From a virus: a stretch of 64,000 nt of DNA. Positions within the stretch are counted from its first letter, which is position 1. Each line of letters starts with the position of its first letter. The notes beneath the pieces were generated by a model. The model had not been told where the DNA came from. It searched no databases and saw only the letters and a program-made list of their open reading frames with translations. The DNA is taken from IMG/VR virus record IMGVR_UViG_3300027747_004722, positions 1 to 64,000 of that record, one strand, 5' to 3'. The position numbers were made by a program, and so were the translations under genes. Positions 37,261 to 47,121 of this stretch are shown here, one piece after another.

Positions 37261-39338
37261 CAAACAAGGACTATTATTGGCTCAACTCCCATAGCCGCCT
37301 CTTCCTCGAGCGCGGATACCTCGAGCCGGGCGTGACCCCCGAGCAGAGGATAAGGCAGATAGCTGACAACGCCGAGTCCATCCTCAAGGTCAAGGGTTTC
37401 GCCGACAAGTTCGAGGGCTACATGAAGCGGGGCTTCTACTCCCTCGCCACCCCGGTCTGGTGCAACTTCGGCAACAAGAGGGGGCTCCCGGTCAGCTGCT
37501 TCGGCAGTTACGTCGAGGACAAGATGGAGAGCATCCTCACGAAGGCGGCCGAGGTCGGGATCATGAGCAAGATGGGGGGCGGCACCAGCGGCTTCTTCGG
37601 AGCCCTAAGGCCACGCGGGACGAAGATCAGCGTGGGCGGCGAGAGCAGCGGCGCCGTGCACTTCATGGAGATTTTCGACAAGGTCAGCGAGGTCATCAGC
37701 CAGGGCAGCGCCCGCAGGGGATCGTTCGCCGCCTACATGCCCATAGAGCACGAAGACATCGAGGAGTTCCTCCGAATCAGGAGCGAGGGACACAGCATCC
37801 AGAACATGAGCATCGGGGTCACCGTCACCGACAAGTTCATGAAAGACCTCATCGAAGGGGACAAGGACAAGAGGGCCATATGGGCCAAGGTCATACAGAA
37901 GCGGTTCGAGACCGGATACCCGTACATCATGTTCGTCGACACGGCGAACAAGAACGCCCCCAAGGTCTACAAGGACAAGAAGCTGAAGATAAAGGCAAGC
38001 AACCTCTGTGTGGCCCCGGACACCCTCTTGCTCACCCGCGACGGGGAAATCACGATCGGAGACCACGAGGGCGAGGAGGTCGAGGTCTGGAACGGCAAGG
38101 AATGGTCGGACACGGTGATCCGAAAGACCGGCACGAACCAGCCCGTCCTTGAAATCAAATTCGTCATCAGGGAGCTGGACGACGACGACACCCAGTCGCT
38201 CAAGTTCTCCTCACTGAAGGCCACTGAATACCACAAGTTCTACCTGAAGAACGGGTCGGAGGTCAGGGCTTCCGAACTCAAGCCGGGGGACGAACTCCTA
38301 CGATTCACCGACCACAGGGGCAGGCTCGCCAGGACGGAGGTCCTCGAGGTGGCCCCCGCCGGGAACAGCGACACCTACTGCGTCAACGAGCCAAAGGAAC
38401 ACAAGGCCGTCTTCAACGGCGTCCTCACCGGCAACTGCTCGGAAATACAGCTGTTCTCCGACGAGGAAAACTCGTTCGTTTGCGTGCTGTCGAGCCTGAA
38501 CCTCCTGCACTGGGACGAGATGGCCGACACAGACGCGGTCGAGACCATGGTCATGTTCCTTGACGCCGTCTGCGAGGAGTTCATACGCAAGACCGAGGGC
38601 GCCAAGTACATGGAGGCCCCCCGACGCTTCGCCATGGAGCAGCGCGCCCTGGGCCTCGGCGTTCTCGGATGGCACTCGTACCTCCAGAGTAAGATGATCG
38701 CCTTCGAGAGCATGGAGGCGAAGATGAAGAACGCGGAGATATGGAAGAAGGTGCGTGAGCGGGCCGACAAGACGACGGAGCAGATGGCAAAGGACTACGG
38801 CGAGCCTCCGCTGCTCAAGGGCTACGGGAGGAGGAACGTCACCACGCTCGCGGTCGCCCCCACGACCTCCAGCAGCTTCATACTCGGCCAGGTCAGCCCC
38901 AGCATAGAGCCCCTGAACAGCAACTACTTCGTCAAGAACCTGGCCAAGGGGAAGTTCACCTACAAGAACCCGTACCTCAAAGAGACTCTCAAGAAGTACG
39001 AGAGAAACGACGAAGACACATGGAAGACCATTCTGGTCAAGGGTGGATCGGTTCAGCACCTGGACTTCCTCACCAAGGAGGAGAAGGACGTCTTCAAGAC
39101 CTTCGGAGAAATCTCCCAGAAGGAGATCGTGATACAGGCCGCCCAGAGACAGAAGTACATCGACCAGTCCCAGAGCCTGAATCTCATGATTCCGCCTTCA
39201 ACTTCACCCAAGGATGTCAACAGTCTTCTGATCGAGGGTTGGGAGATGGGCGTAAAGACCTTCTACTACCAGAGGTCTGCCAACCCGGCCCAGGAACTGG
39301 CCCGCAGCATCCTGACCTGCTCGTCGTGCGAGGCATAA
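37257..39338 (+). CDS. nrdA: Ribonucleotide reductase class Ia alpha subunit (intein-containing)
   Basis: PVSCF, GGGTS, SNL[intein]CSEI, VCVLSSLN, APTTSS, KTFYY, CSSC. Confidence 0.95.
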   Translation: MTNKDYYWLNSHSRLFLERGYLEPGVTPEQRIRQIADNAESILKVKGFADKFEGYMKRGFYSLATPVWCNFGNKRGLPVSCFGSYVEDKMESILTKAAEVGIMSKMGGGTSGFFGALRPRGTKISVGGESSGAVHFMEIFDKVSEVISQGSARRGSFAAYMPIEHEDIEEFLRIRSEGHSIQNMSIGVTVTDKFMKDLIEGDKDKRAIWAKVIQKRFETGYPYIMFVDTANKNAPKVYKDKKLKIKASNLCVAPDTLLLTRDGEITIGDHEGEEVEVWNGKEWSDTVIRKTGTNQPVLEIKFVIRELDDDDTQSLKFSSLKATEYHKFYLKNGSEVRASELKPGDELLRFTDHRGRLARTEVLEVAPAGNSDTYCVNEPKEHKAVFNGVLTGNCSEIQLFSDEENSFVCVLSSLNLLHWDEMADTDAVETMVMFLDAVCEEFIRKTEGAKYMEAPRRFAMEQRALGLGVLGWHSYLQSKMIAFESMEAKMKNAEIWKKVRERADKTTEQMAKDYGEPPLLKGYGRRNVTTLAVAPTTSSSFILGQVSPSIEPLNSNYFVKNLAKGKFTYKNPYLKETLKKYERNDEDTWKTILVKGGSVQHLDFLTKEEKDVFKTFGEISQKEIVIQAAQRQKYIDQSQSLNLMIPPSTSPKDVNSLLIEGWEMGVKTFYYQRSANPAQELARSILTCSSCEA
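38007..38435 (+). mobile_element. Mini-intein (143 aa) in NrdA
   Basis: Begins CVAPDT after SNL; block B ATEYHKF; ends NGVLTGN; +1 Cys; too short to hold an endonuclease. Confidence 0.93.
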
Positions 39339-39339
39339 A

Positions 39340-39816
39340 ATGAACTTCGTATCAAGATGGTTCTACAGGGCCAAGACGGACTACGATGTCCCGCACGTGC
39401 GCGTCCGGCTTCTGGACGCGGACGCCAAGACCCCCGTCCGTTCCAACCCGACCGACGCAGGAGCCGACCTGTCCAGCACGGAGAGCGTCATGATCCACCC
39501 CGGCGAGCGGAAGACCGTCGGCACCGGCGTGGCCATGGAAATACCGGAGGGGTTCTACGGGAGGGTCGCGCCGCGTTCGGGCCTGGCGAGCAAGCACGGC
39601 GTCGACGTTCTCGCAGGCGTCGTGGACAGCTCCTACAGGGGCGAGATAAAGGTGGTGCTGTTGAACACCGACAAGCACAACACCTTCCATGTCGAGAAAG
39701 GGGACAGGATAGCCCAGATCATATTCGAGGGCCATTTCAACTTCCCCCTGGTGGAGTCGGACTCCCTGGAGAATTCCAGCCGCGGGTCTGGGGGCTTCGG
39801 TTCCAGCGGTAAATGA
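39340..39816 (+). CDS. dut: dUTPase
   Basis: AGADL, RSGLA, GVVDSSYRGE, RIAQ, RGSGGFGSSG. Confidence 0.96.
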   Translation: MNFVSRWFYRAKTDYDVPHVRVRLLDADAKTPVRSNPTDAGADLSSTESVMIHPGERKTVGTGVAMEIPEGFYGRVAPRSGLASKHGVDVLAGVVDSSYRGEIKVVLLNTDKHNTFHVEKGDRIAQIIFEGHFNFPLVESDSLENSSRGSGGFGSSGK

Positions 39817-40196
39817 AAAATTTCGCTCCCTTTCTCGACGAACGCCTTCACATCACGTGGGACGAACGCATGGGGCATTGCGTCTTCACCAAGGGAGAAA
39901 TCAAGAGCCAGACCTTCGTGGAGATAGCCCCCGTGGTCGACTTCATGCCCGAGTGCCAGGTCGACCACAACCTGATGAGGTACGTCATCGCGTGGGAGGG
40001 CCGGCTCGCGGTGCCCCTCGGCTGGACCATGATCTACAACCACAGCGACGACAACAACTGCGCCTTCTCAATGAACTTCCACGACAAGCTCATCGCCATC
40101 ATGGCCCTGCGGGACATCAAGGCGGGCGAGCAGATGACCGTCAACTACGGCCCCGACTGGTTCTCCTCTCGCGGGATGGATAAGATGCCTCTATGA
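39813..40196 (+). CDS. SET-domain protein
   Basis: GHCVF, YNHS..NN, ALRDIKAGEQMTVNYG. Confidence 0.85.
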   Translation: MKNFAPFLDERLHITWDERMGHCVFTKGEIKSQTFVEIAPVVDFMPECQVDHNLMRYVIAWEGRLAVPLGWTMIYNHSDDNNCAFSMNFHDKLIAIMALRDIKAGEQMTVNYGPDWFSSRGMDKMPL

Positions 40197-40546
40197 AGAA
40201 GATCACCTGCCCGTTGTGCGGCCAGAAGATGGACGTCTACACCACGGCCCACAAGAACGCCCCGTTCGTGGACAACAACACCTACCCGTCCATGTGCTTC
40301 ACCTGCTACTTCGTCCCCAAGACGAGCGAACAGAGGTACGCCAAGGACGGTTCGGTTGCGGAGGACGTCGAACTCCCCTACTCCTGCGAACACCTTTGCA
40401 CGCCGAAGGAACTATACGAATCGGGGGCCGCAGACACCCTCAAGCAGGCGAAGGCCAGCGTGGCGGGCGTGGCGTCGGCGTGCAAAGAAAAACGACCCCC
40501 GAAAAAGCCCGTCGGGAGGCCGAAGGCCTCCTGGAACGTGGCCTGA
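40193..40546 (+). CDS. Zn-finger hypothetical protein
   Basis: CPLC...CFTC. Confidence 0.7.
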   Translation: MKKITCPLCGQKMDVYTTAHKNAPFVDNNTYPSMCFTCYFVPKTSEQRYAKDGSVAEDVELPYSCEHLCTPKELYESGAADTLKQAKASVAGVASACKEKRPPKKPVGRPKASWNVA

Positions 40547-40563
40547 AAGGCCTAGATAGCACT

Positions 40564-40920
40564 ATGCAATTCAAGGATTTCATCCTGACCGAGGCGGACC
40601 AGTACTTCGCCCAGAGGGTGTCTGATGTGCTGAACGCGCTTCAGGACTTAAATGACAGCGCCGGGGACATGGGCACGAGGCACCTTGTGTCCAACGCCCA
40701 GACGATAGTCAACCAGATCCGCCGGATCGTCCACACCCACTGGTCCCAGCGCCACGAGCCTGGTCTAACGGCACTCCAGAAGTGCGGTGTGGCCGTCATG
40801 AGGGCGATAGAGGAGAAGGACGACCTCCAGGGCGTCCTAAAGGCCTGCCAGGCCCATCTGGAGGCTCTTTCGGGCAAACAGGACAAGCCGTCCAACTCAC
40901 TTGCTTCTGAAGAGCAATAG
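40564..40920 (+). CDS. Hypothetical protein with CTS-like leader
   Basis: MQFKDFILTE; TAGATA a few nt upstream. Confidence 0.75.
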   Translation: MQFKDFILTEADQYFAQRVSDVLNALQDLNDSAGDMGTRHLVSNAQTIVNQIRRIVHTHWSQRHEPGLTALQKCGVAVMRAIEEKDDLQGVLKACQAHLEALSGKQDKPSNSLASEEQ

Positions 40921-40963
40921 CCCCCGCTTTTGGTATTTTTTTCTTCCGCACTACATAGACTTT

Positions 40964-41530
40964 GTGGAAGAAGAAGATTCTGAAATAGAGGATATTCTCA
41001 AGAGCAGGCCCAAGAAGATAAAGTCTGGCCGAAAGGGCAAGAGGGTCGAACTCGACCTCATCAAGAAGCTCAACGACAGGTTCCGGGACGTCATCGCCGC
41101 CCGCCCCGGGGGCGGGTCGTTCAACCGCACGGTGGGCAGCGGAAATCGCTGGGGGCAACGGGTTCACCTGTCGAGGGCGGCCTCCGACACCTACACGGGC
41201 GACATCGTGTGCCCGGAGGGCTTCCTGTTCGTCCTGGAGAGCAAGGGAGGCTACAACGACATCGACCTCTGCACCGCCTTCTCGGGCCGCCAGGCCGAGC
41301 TCGATTCCTTCCTAAAGCAGGTCAGCGACGACTCCAAGAGGTGCGGCAGGATGCCTCTCCTCCTGTGGAAGAAGGACAGGAAGCCGCGGCTGGCCTTCCT
41401 CAGGTCCGCAGACCTCGGGGGCAGGGAGTTCCCCTGCATGATGCGGTACGGCCAGTGGACGGCACTGCTGTTCGACGACCTCATGTCGATCGGGGACGAC
41501 TTCTTCTTCAGCAGCCCAGCGCGGCCCTGA
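40964..41530 (+). CDS. PD-(D/E)XK Holliday junction resolvase-like (Hjc)
   Basis: KGKRVE...GSG...GDI...LESK; GTG start. Confidence 0.75.
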   Translation: MEEEDSEIEDILKSRPKKIKSGRKGKRVELDLIKKLNDRFRDVIAARPGGGSFNRTVGSGNRWGQRVHLSRAASDTYTGDIVCPEGFLFVLESKGGYNDIDLCTAFSGRQAELDSFLKQVSDDSKRCGRMPLLLWKKDRKPRLAFLRSADLGGREFPCMMRYGQWTALLFDDLMSIGDDFFFSSPARP

Positions 41531-41717
41531 TATCTTCCGGCATTCTCTCTGGGTCCAAGACCACGACCCCCAGGTCGGAACCCTCGGCCACCACGATCTT
41601 GAGGATGCAAACCGCGGGCAGGAATCGTACGGGGGCGTCCGCCCCGGGCGAGCTGCCGAGCCGGCACTCCACGCCATCGTCGCGTCTCTCGACGACCCTG
41701 ATCGGCACCATGACCAT
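41508..41717 (-). CDS. Hypothetical protein
   Basis: 69 aa, coupled to the upstream gene. Confidence 0.55.
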   Translation of the reverse strand: MVMVPIRVVERRDDGVECRLGSSPGADAPVRFLPAVCILKIVVAEGSDLGVVVLDPERMPEDIRAALGC

Positions 41718-43117
41718 CAGCCGTCCTCCAGCACAGAGAGCATGGCTCCGATCCGCTCCCGTTCCTTCTGGTGGGGAGCCTTCATCTCCGCCCAGTCCTT
41801 GCGTTCGGACTCCTTCTGGGCGAGCCTCTTCGAGGCCTCGCCCCGTCGGGAAGCTATCCTGTCTAGTTCCCCTCGGATGGAGTCGATCTGACGGAGCTTC
41901 TCCTTCTCGGCCAGATCGAGCGCCTCTATGTCAACACGCAGGTTCCTGATCTCCTCCTCCATCGACCCCAGGACGCCGTCTATCTCCGCCACCTGCCTGT
42001 CCGAGTCCTCGTACGAGGCCAGCAGGTCCTTGATCCGCGTGATGGACACCGGGGAAACCGCCGCGGCCGCCGCCGAGTTCGACACCGGTGGGGCCGGGTC
42101 CTCTGACGCCGGGCTGGGAACAGGGCAGGACTGCCCTTGCGTCGCCTTCGGCGCGGAGCCCTTCCGCCATACCGGGTTCAGCCTGGATTCGACCTCGGGA
42201 CCGAAATTGCCCTTTATGGCCTCCAGCCTGCGCTCGCCAGCCGAAGTGATCCTGTACCCCCTGACGCCCTCGCTGACCCCCCTGCCGTTCTGGGATTCGC
42301 ATCGGATTCTCTCGATGTACCTCCCCTTCTTCCTCAATGCCATCGTGAGGGCCCTCATGGCCCCTTCCACGCTCGTGTAGGTCGGACTCAGCCCCGACAC
42401 GAAACTCTTGATTCCGAGGCTCCTGACGATGCTGGAGGAGGCCTCCGCCTTCTTCGCGTACCCGAACTCGGCGACGAAGCCTATGGCCATCAGCGCCCTG
42501 TCCATGGCCCCCTGGTCGGAAAGCAGGGTCGATGGCTCAAGTTCCATCGACGGGAACGCCGTCCTCATGGGTTCCGCTGCCGCATCCCCCTCGGTCTCGC
42601 CGTGTCCCGCCGCGGCCTCTTCGGTGGCCGGGTTCTCTTGAAGGTCTTCGTTCGCTGGGAGCGAAGCAGGCTCGCTGTCTTCCACCTCGACGATCTCCTC
42701 CTCCTTCGGCATCGGCAGGTCGATGTTCAGCGCCCGGGCCATGACGGCCTTCGGTAGTTCGGGGGATTCGGAGACCCTCAGGGTGATTGGGCTCACCCTC
42801 TTTAGTACCGCGAACGCCATCTGCAGGTCCACCCCCGCAGGCGGGAACAGGGAGTACTCGAACGCGGTGTCGTTTCCCCTCGGCTTGCACCACACCCTCA
42901 CGCTCTTGGCCCCCGCCCGCGACTCGAGCCTTATGGCCCCGAACCGCTCCCGACCCTTCTTCTTGATCCTCCTCGAGTCCTTGAGCTCCCACACGCCCTC
43001 GAAGCCCGCCTCGTCGAGGACGTTGAGCATCAGGGCCTTGGTGGGGTTTACGATCTTCTTCTCCGACCTGCGGATGGAGCTCTCGAAAACCAGGTCTACT
43101 GATCCTTGGGCCGTCAT
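41717..43117 (-). CDS. Hypothetical protein with C-terminal coiled coil (likely early gene)
   Basis: ATG at 43117 downstream of TTGACG-N16-TATAAC (43164-43191). Confidence 0.7.
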   Translation of the reverse strand: MTAQGSVDLVFESSIRRSEKKIVNPTKALMLNVLDEAGFEGVWELKDSRRIKKKGRERFGAIRLESRAGAKSVRVWCKPRGNDTAFEYSLFPPAGVDLQMAFAVLKRVSPITLRVSESPELPKAVMARALNIDLPMPKEEEIVEVEDSEPASLPANEDLQENPATEEAAAGHGETEGDAAAEPMRTAFPSMELEPSTLLSDQGAMDRALMAIGFVAEFGYAKKAEASSSIVRSLGIKSFVSGLSPTYTSVEGAMRALTMALRKKGRYIERIRCESQNGRGVSEGVRGYRITSAGERRLEAIKGNFGPEVESRLNPVWRKGSAPKATQGQSCPVPSPASEDPAPPVSNSAAAAAVSPVSITRIKDLLASYEDSDRQVAEIDGVLGSMEEEIRNLRVDIEALDLAEKEKLRQIDSIRGELDRIASRRGEASKRLAQKESERKDWAEMKAPHQKERERIGAMLSVLEDG

Positions 43118-43358
43118 GGTCTTTCTCCCTGCGGTGTGGGTCGCGTATCTTCCGACACCAAAGGTTATACGGCGAAGTGGCGGATCGTCAACGAATTTTA
43201 GGGGACGGGAAAGTTCGAGGAAGGCGGCACCGGAGGGGGAGGATCGCTCCTCCCCCTCCTTCTGACACACCACCCCTTCAACCAACCGGGGGAAAAACAA
43301 GGCGTTTAGGCCCGTTTGGCCCCCGACCATGCACTTTCCAAACCCATCCACGGAGCCG

Positions 43359-44108
43359 TCAGTAGACCTGCAGCTGCAGGTTTTCGGATATGAAGCTGTT
43401 CTCGCCGAACTGGAGCTCGAACCACACGTTGTATATCCCGCAGTCCATGCCGAGCTCCACGGTGTCTAGGAAGAAGTAGGCCTCCGTGTCCCTGCGGTAC
43501 TCCACGTCCGCCCCCTCGACCACCATCCGCAGGTCCCTCTCCTTGGGAACGCACTCCCCGCACGCCTTCTCGACGGATATCTTTATGGGGCTGGCCACGG
43601 CGAGGTTCATGTAGTACCTGTCCATGTCCGACGCCCTCGGCACGTTCGGCACCACCTCGATGGTGAGCCATCTCCTCTCGCCCTTCCGTACCCTGTTGGG
43701 CCTGAAGCCGTACGAGAAGTCGTACACAACGGGCATGTCGGACGCGTACCACAGATCCGACAGCACGGAGAACTGGTTTGTCACTGTCCCGGACTGGTTC
43801 TGGCTGAACCTCACGTCCCACACATCGATGTACGTGCCAACCGTGAACACCTCCGACTCGAGAACCACGGCGACCTTGTAGTGGCCCCCGAACGGGTCTC
43901 CGACCTCCTCGATGTCCCCCGGCCCTATCTCCGCGACCAGCCTTCTGCCCTCGGGGTTGTCCTCCGTGGCGCAGGTCTGGTCGATCTGGTAGACGGAGAC
44001 CTTGTCGACGCTCTCGACCGCGCTCCTCTGGTTCGAGTTGTAGGTGAAAAGACGCAGGCTGATCTCGTCGCCCACGACCGGGTTCTGGTTTCTTTCCTTG
44101 GTCGCCAA
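43359..44108 (-). CDS. Putative virion structural protein
   Basis: TTG start with AGGAGG; beta-rich; in the baseplate operon. Confidence 0.6.
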   Translation of the reverse strand: MATKERNQNPVVGDEISLRLFTYNSNQRSAVESVDKVSVYQIDQTCATEDNPEGRRLVAEIGPGDIEEVGDPFGGHYKVAVVLESEVFTVGTYIDVWDVRFSQNQSGTVTNQFSVLSDLWYASDMPVVYDFSYGFRPNRVRKGERRWLTIEVVPNVPRASDMDRYYMNLAVASPIKISVEKACGECVPKERDLRMVVEGADVEYRRDTEAYFFLDTVELGMDCGIYNVWFELQFGENSFISENLQLQVY

Positions 44109-44110
44109 CT

Positions 44111-44275
44111 CTACCTCCTCTTAGCCTTCTTGCGTGCGGACTCCATGGCCTCGTTCTCCCTCTCCTTCTGCTTGATGAAGCGGTCTATCATCCACTTCCT
44201 CTCGTTTATGGGCAAAGACAGAAAATTGTCCCTGCTCTGGCGCATGTGGTACATGAAGAAGAACATCTCCTCCAT
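44111..44275 (-). CDS. Small baseplate/tail chaperone-like ORF (possible -1 frameshift extension of the upstream gene)
   Basis: MEEMFFFMYHMRQSRDNFLSLPINERKWMIDRF...; frame is open back past the slippery site; not in ORF track. Confidence 0.7.
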   Translation of the reverse strand: MEEMFFFMYHMRQSRDNFLSLPINERKWMIDRFIKQKERENEAMESARKKAKRR

Positions 44276-44292
44276 GAGGTTGTTCCAGAGGG

Positions 44293-45390
44293 CTAGGCTT
44301 GAGTCTTCGACATCGTCCCCGCCTTTTTCTTTGCCCGAGGGAAGAAAAAATTTGACTCGAGCGGAAGCTCGATCTCGAAGTCACGCAGGCTGTACGGGTT
44401 GGTGATGGCCACCTTGGTGTCGACTCCGAACGGAGGCTCGTTCACCACGGTCCTGAGGTACGCCACGTCCTGTATCGGCAGCTTCTTGAGCAGGGTCTGG
44501 ATCTCGCTCTTGTCGGTGAGTCCCTCGACCTCCTCGATGAGGTGGGCCGTCCTGTAGAGGAGCGTGTCGTCCGCCTGTCCGGAAAGGTCGAAGTTCTTGG
44601 CTCTTCGCTCCCTGTACTCCTGGATGACCTGCTCGTCCTTGCCGACCGCCAGGCGGTACCGGAACCTGTACCCCGTGACCGGCAGCACGTCCTCAAGGTT
44701 ATCAGAGCCGAACTCCGCCTTGCAGTAGTCGACGAAGAGGTCGTTGAGGTTGATCGTGGTGGCGAACGTCTGGTCCGTCTCCGGGTCCCTGACCTCCACG
44801 TCGTACTCCGGGGTGTACGATATGCCCCTGAGGTAGATCAGCATGTAGGTCCTGTCCTGCGTCAGGAAGTTCGCGGAGTCGTAGTTCTCCTTCATGCACC
44901 TGTTGAATATCATGTTGATGGCCTGGCCCTTCTTCACGAACCGAGGCGTGGCCAGGATCTCCTCCTCCTCGCCCGTCATCGGCCTGATGTGGACTACGCC
45001 GTCGGCCGGACCGTCCTCGCCGGTGTAGAACTTGCCCTTCGAGGGGAGCTCGATCTTCTCGTAGACCATGTTCCCGCGGGTGCCGATCCCGGCGATGAGC
45101 TCCTCGAGCTTGCCGCTTCCGGTGACCCTCATCTCCTGGCCCTTCGCCGGGGCCTGCGCGGTGGAACCCCCACGGACTGCCCTCTTGAAGGCCTCCGGGA
45201 TGTTGCCCTTGACCCTCTGGGCGATCTCGCCCTGCGGCTCCTGGAAGTCGTCGCCCACCTCCTCGGCGGCCTTCCTCCTCATGGCGGCCATGGCCTCCAG
45301 CTGCTCTGAGGCCGCCGCCTGCGTTTCCTCCTGCGAAATCTCTTCCTGCGAAATCTGCCTCTTCTGCTGTCTGAACGAGTCGTCGGCCAT
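44293..45390 (-). CDS. gp26-like baseplate hub/tail assembly protein
   Basis: IELPSKG..Y, IRPMTGEEEEIL, DR.YMLIYLRGISY, C-terminal NFFFP. Confidence 0.75.
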   Translation of the reverse strand: MADDSFRQQKRQISQEEISQEETQAAASEQLEAMAAMRRKAAEEVGDDFQEPQGEIAQRVKGNIPEAFKRAVRGGSTAQAPAKGQEMRVTGSGKLEELIAGIGTRGNMVYEKIELPSKGKFYTGEDGPADGVVHIRPMTGEEEEILATPRFVKKGQAINMIFNRCMKENYDSANFLTQDRTYMLIYLRGISYTPEYDVEVRDPETDQTFATTINLNDLFVDYCKAEFGSDNLEDVLPVTGYRFRYRLAVGKDEQVIQEYRERRAKNFDLSGQADDTLLYRTAHLIEEVEGLTDKSEIQTLLKKLPIQDVAYLRTVVNEPPFGVDTKVAITNPYSLRDFEIELPLESNFFFPRAKKKAGTMSKTQA

Positions 45391-45502
45391 TTTTTCTCCC
45401 TCTTTAATTGGACTTTGGTTGGTGTGCATCGGATGTCGGAGTCGCGCGATCGAACCGACGATCCATCAACTACATTAGTGAGGCGAAACAAAAACTGTCA
45501 CG

Positions 45503-45883
45503 ATGGAAACTTCACGCGACCCGATCAGGCTAGGCTTCAAGAACGCGGAAAGCCTGATTTTCGAGGACGATTCCGCATGGAGGCGGATGCCGGAGATGAG
45601 GCGCTTCAGGGACCAGTGGGCGGTCAGCCGGCTGAGTCCCTCCCTCAGGCCCACGGGCCGGGCGGCGATCCTCGACTTCCTTGACTCCGCCGGGCCGGAG
45701 CAGGAGGCGGCGCTTTCGGAGCACTTCGGAAGGGCCGTTACTATCGATAAGGTCGACAGGAACTCCGTGCTGAACATAGAGTTCGAGGCCGACTGCCCGC
45801 CCGACCTGGAGGACATGTCGAGGTATTCGGGCTTCGGATCGTTCCTCAAAGGCAACAGGCTTTACCTGACATTCTGGAGATGA
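45503..45883 (+). CDS. Hypothetical protein
   Basis: 126 aa, first gene of a coupled operon. Confidence 0.65.
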   Translation: METSRDPIRLGFKNAESLIFEDDSAWRRMPEMRRFRDQWAVSRLSPSLRPTGRAAILDFLDSAGPEQEAALSEHFGRAVTIDKVDRNSVLNIEFEADCPPDLEDMSRYSGFGSFLKGNRLYLTFWR

Positions 45884-46209
45884 GCATGTCCGACATCGCG
45901 AGGATAGTTATATTTTCATTGGCCACCATAGGTCTCACAAACATGATCGTGGACCCGGCCGCCATAATGAAGCCCCTCCGTGACCTCATAGACAGGCGGG
46001 GGCATCCGTGGCTCTCCAAGCTCGTGTCCTGCTACCAGTGCTCCGGCACCTGGGTCGGCTTCCTGTGCGGCTACCTCATCGTGGGCCGCGAGCCGGAGAC
46101 GGTGTTCGCCTGCGGAATGGCCGGGAGCTACCTGGCAACCATGTCGGCCACCTACACGAACTACCTAGAGGCCCGAAGCATCATCGGCGTAGAAGAAAAT
46201 GCCGAGTAG
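45880..46209 (+). CDS. DUF1360-like membrane protein
   Basis: Hydrophobic; LVSCYQCSGTWVG. Confidence 0.7.
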   Translation: MSMSDIARIVIFSLATIGLTNMIVDPAAIMKPLRDLIDRRGHPWLSKLVSCYQCSGTWVGFLCGYLIVGREPETVFACGMAGSYLATMSATYTNYLEARSIIGVEENAE

Positions 46210-46489
46210 CAATTCCATACTCCTTTGCCTGTCGTGCGGATGGAAGAAGGTCTGCGACCCCGACGCATCGGGCCTCCTGGAGCTGAAGAACGACTCCATG
46301 AGCTCCCGGAAGTTCAGGTGTCCTGGCTGCGGCCGGGCGATAGCCCCAAGGAGCCACCAGGACCCGCAGTCCGAAATGAACCGAAGGGCCTCCGACGAGC
46401 GAATAAAGGCCGAGAACGAAGTGTTCATAAACGAGGTCATGGATTTCCAGAAGAATTTCATCAGGGAGTCAGAGGATGGCGACAAGTAA
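46199..46489 (+). CDS. Zn-ribbon protein
   Basis: CLSC...CPGC. Confidence 0.7.
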   Translation: MPSSNSILLCLSCGWKKVCDPDASGLLELKNDSMSSRKFRCPGCGRAIAPRSHQDPQSEMNRRASDERIKAENEVFINEVMDFQKNFIRESEDGDK

Positions 46490-46859
46490 AATCACCCTCC
46501 AGGACGTGAAGAAGGCCCTGAAGGACTCCCGCTTCAGACTGTCGCTCCCAAAGGAGCTCGGCCCGCAGGTCGAAGAATTCCTCAACAACCCAGGGTGCGC
46601 ATGCCACACCCCCCTGTACCGCAGAATCATCAAGGATTGCTCCGAGCAGCTGTCCAGGTACTTCCCGGGGATGAAGGTGCCCGAACACGACGAGGACATA
46701 CGGAGGCTTGCCGAGAACCACTGGAGCGTCATCAGCTGCCACATAGACGAGCTGGAGTCCAAGCTGGCCAAGCTCGGCCCGGGCAGGAAGCAGTTGGACG
46801 TGGCAAGGTGGGAGGACCAGGTTACGGTGGTCATCAACGATCTAGACGTCGTATTTTAG
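46476..46859 (+). CDS. Hypothetical protein
   Basis: 127 aa, coupled, GAGG SD. Confidence 0.7.
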   Translation: MATSKITLQDVKKALKDSRFRLSLPKELGPQVEEFLNNPGCACHTPLYRRIIKDCSEQLSRYFPGMKVPEHDEDIRRLAENHWSVISCHIDELESKLAKLGPGRKQLDVARWEDQVTVVINDLDVVF

Positions 46860-47108
46860 GAAGTCGAGAGCCTGCAGCTCCTCCTGCCTCGTCCTCGGCG
46901 CCAACCTGCACGCCACGACCCTGCGGCTGCAGTACACATTCATGGACTCCAGGAACGCATCCCGCCTGCCGTACTCCAGCATCACGGACGAACACAGATC
47001 CCTGGCATCAGACGAGTTCTGAGCCTCGACCTCGGCAACTTCCTCGCACGACGGATTCTCGTACTGTATGAGCAGCCTGAACTTCAGCAATGCAGCCTCC
47101 TTGTGCAC
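46842..47108 (-). CDS. Hypothetical protein
   Basis: Probable TTG start near 47090 after AAGGAGG; TAAATA upstream. Confidence 0.5.
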   Translation of the reverse strand: MHKEAALLKFRLLIQYENPSCEEVAEVEAQNSSDARDLCSSVMLEYGRRDAFLESMNVYCSRRVVACRLAPRTRQEELQALDFLKYDV

Positions 47109-47121
47109 GACCCATAGTTAT

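Noticed and set aside
44121-44384. 87-aa ORF from the track
   Set aside because: Wrong frame. The protein-like frame is 44111..44275, the -1 frame of the upstream gene.
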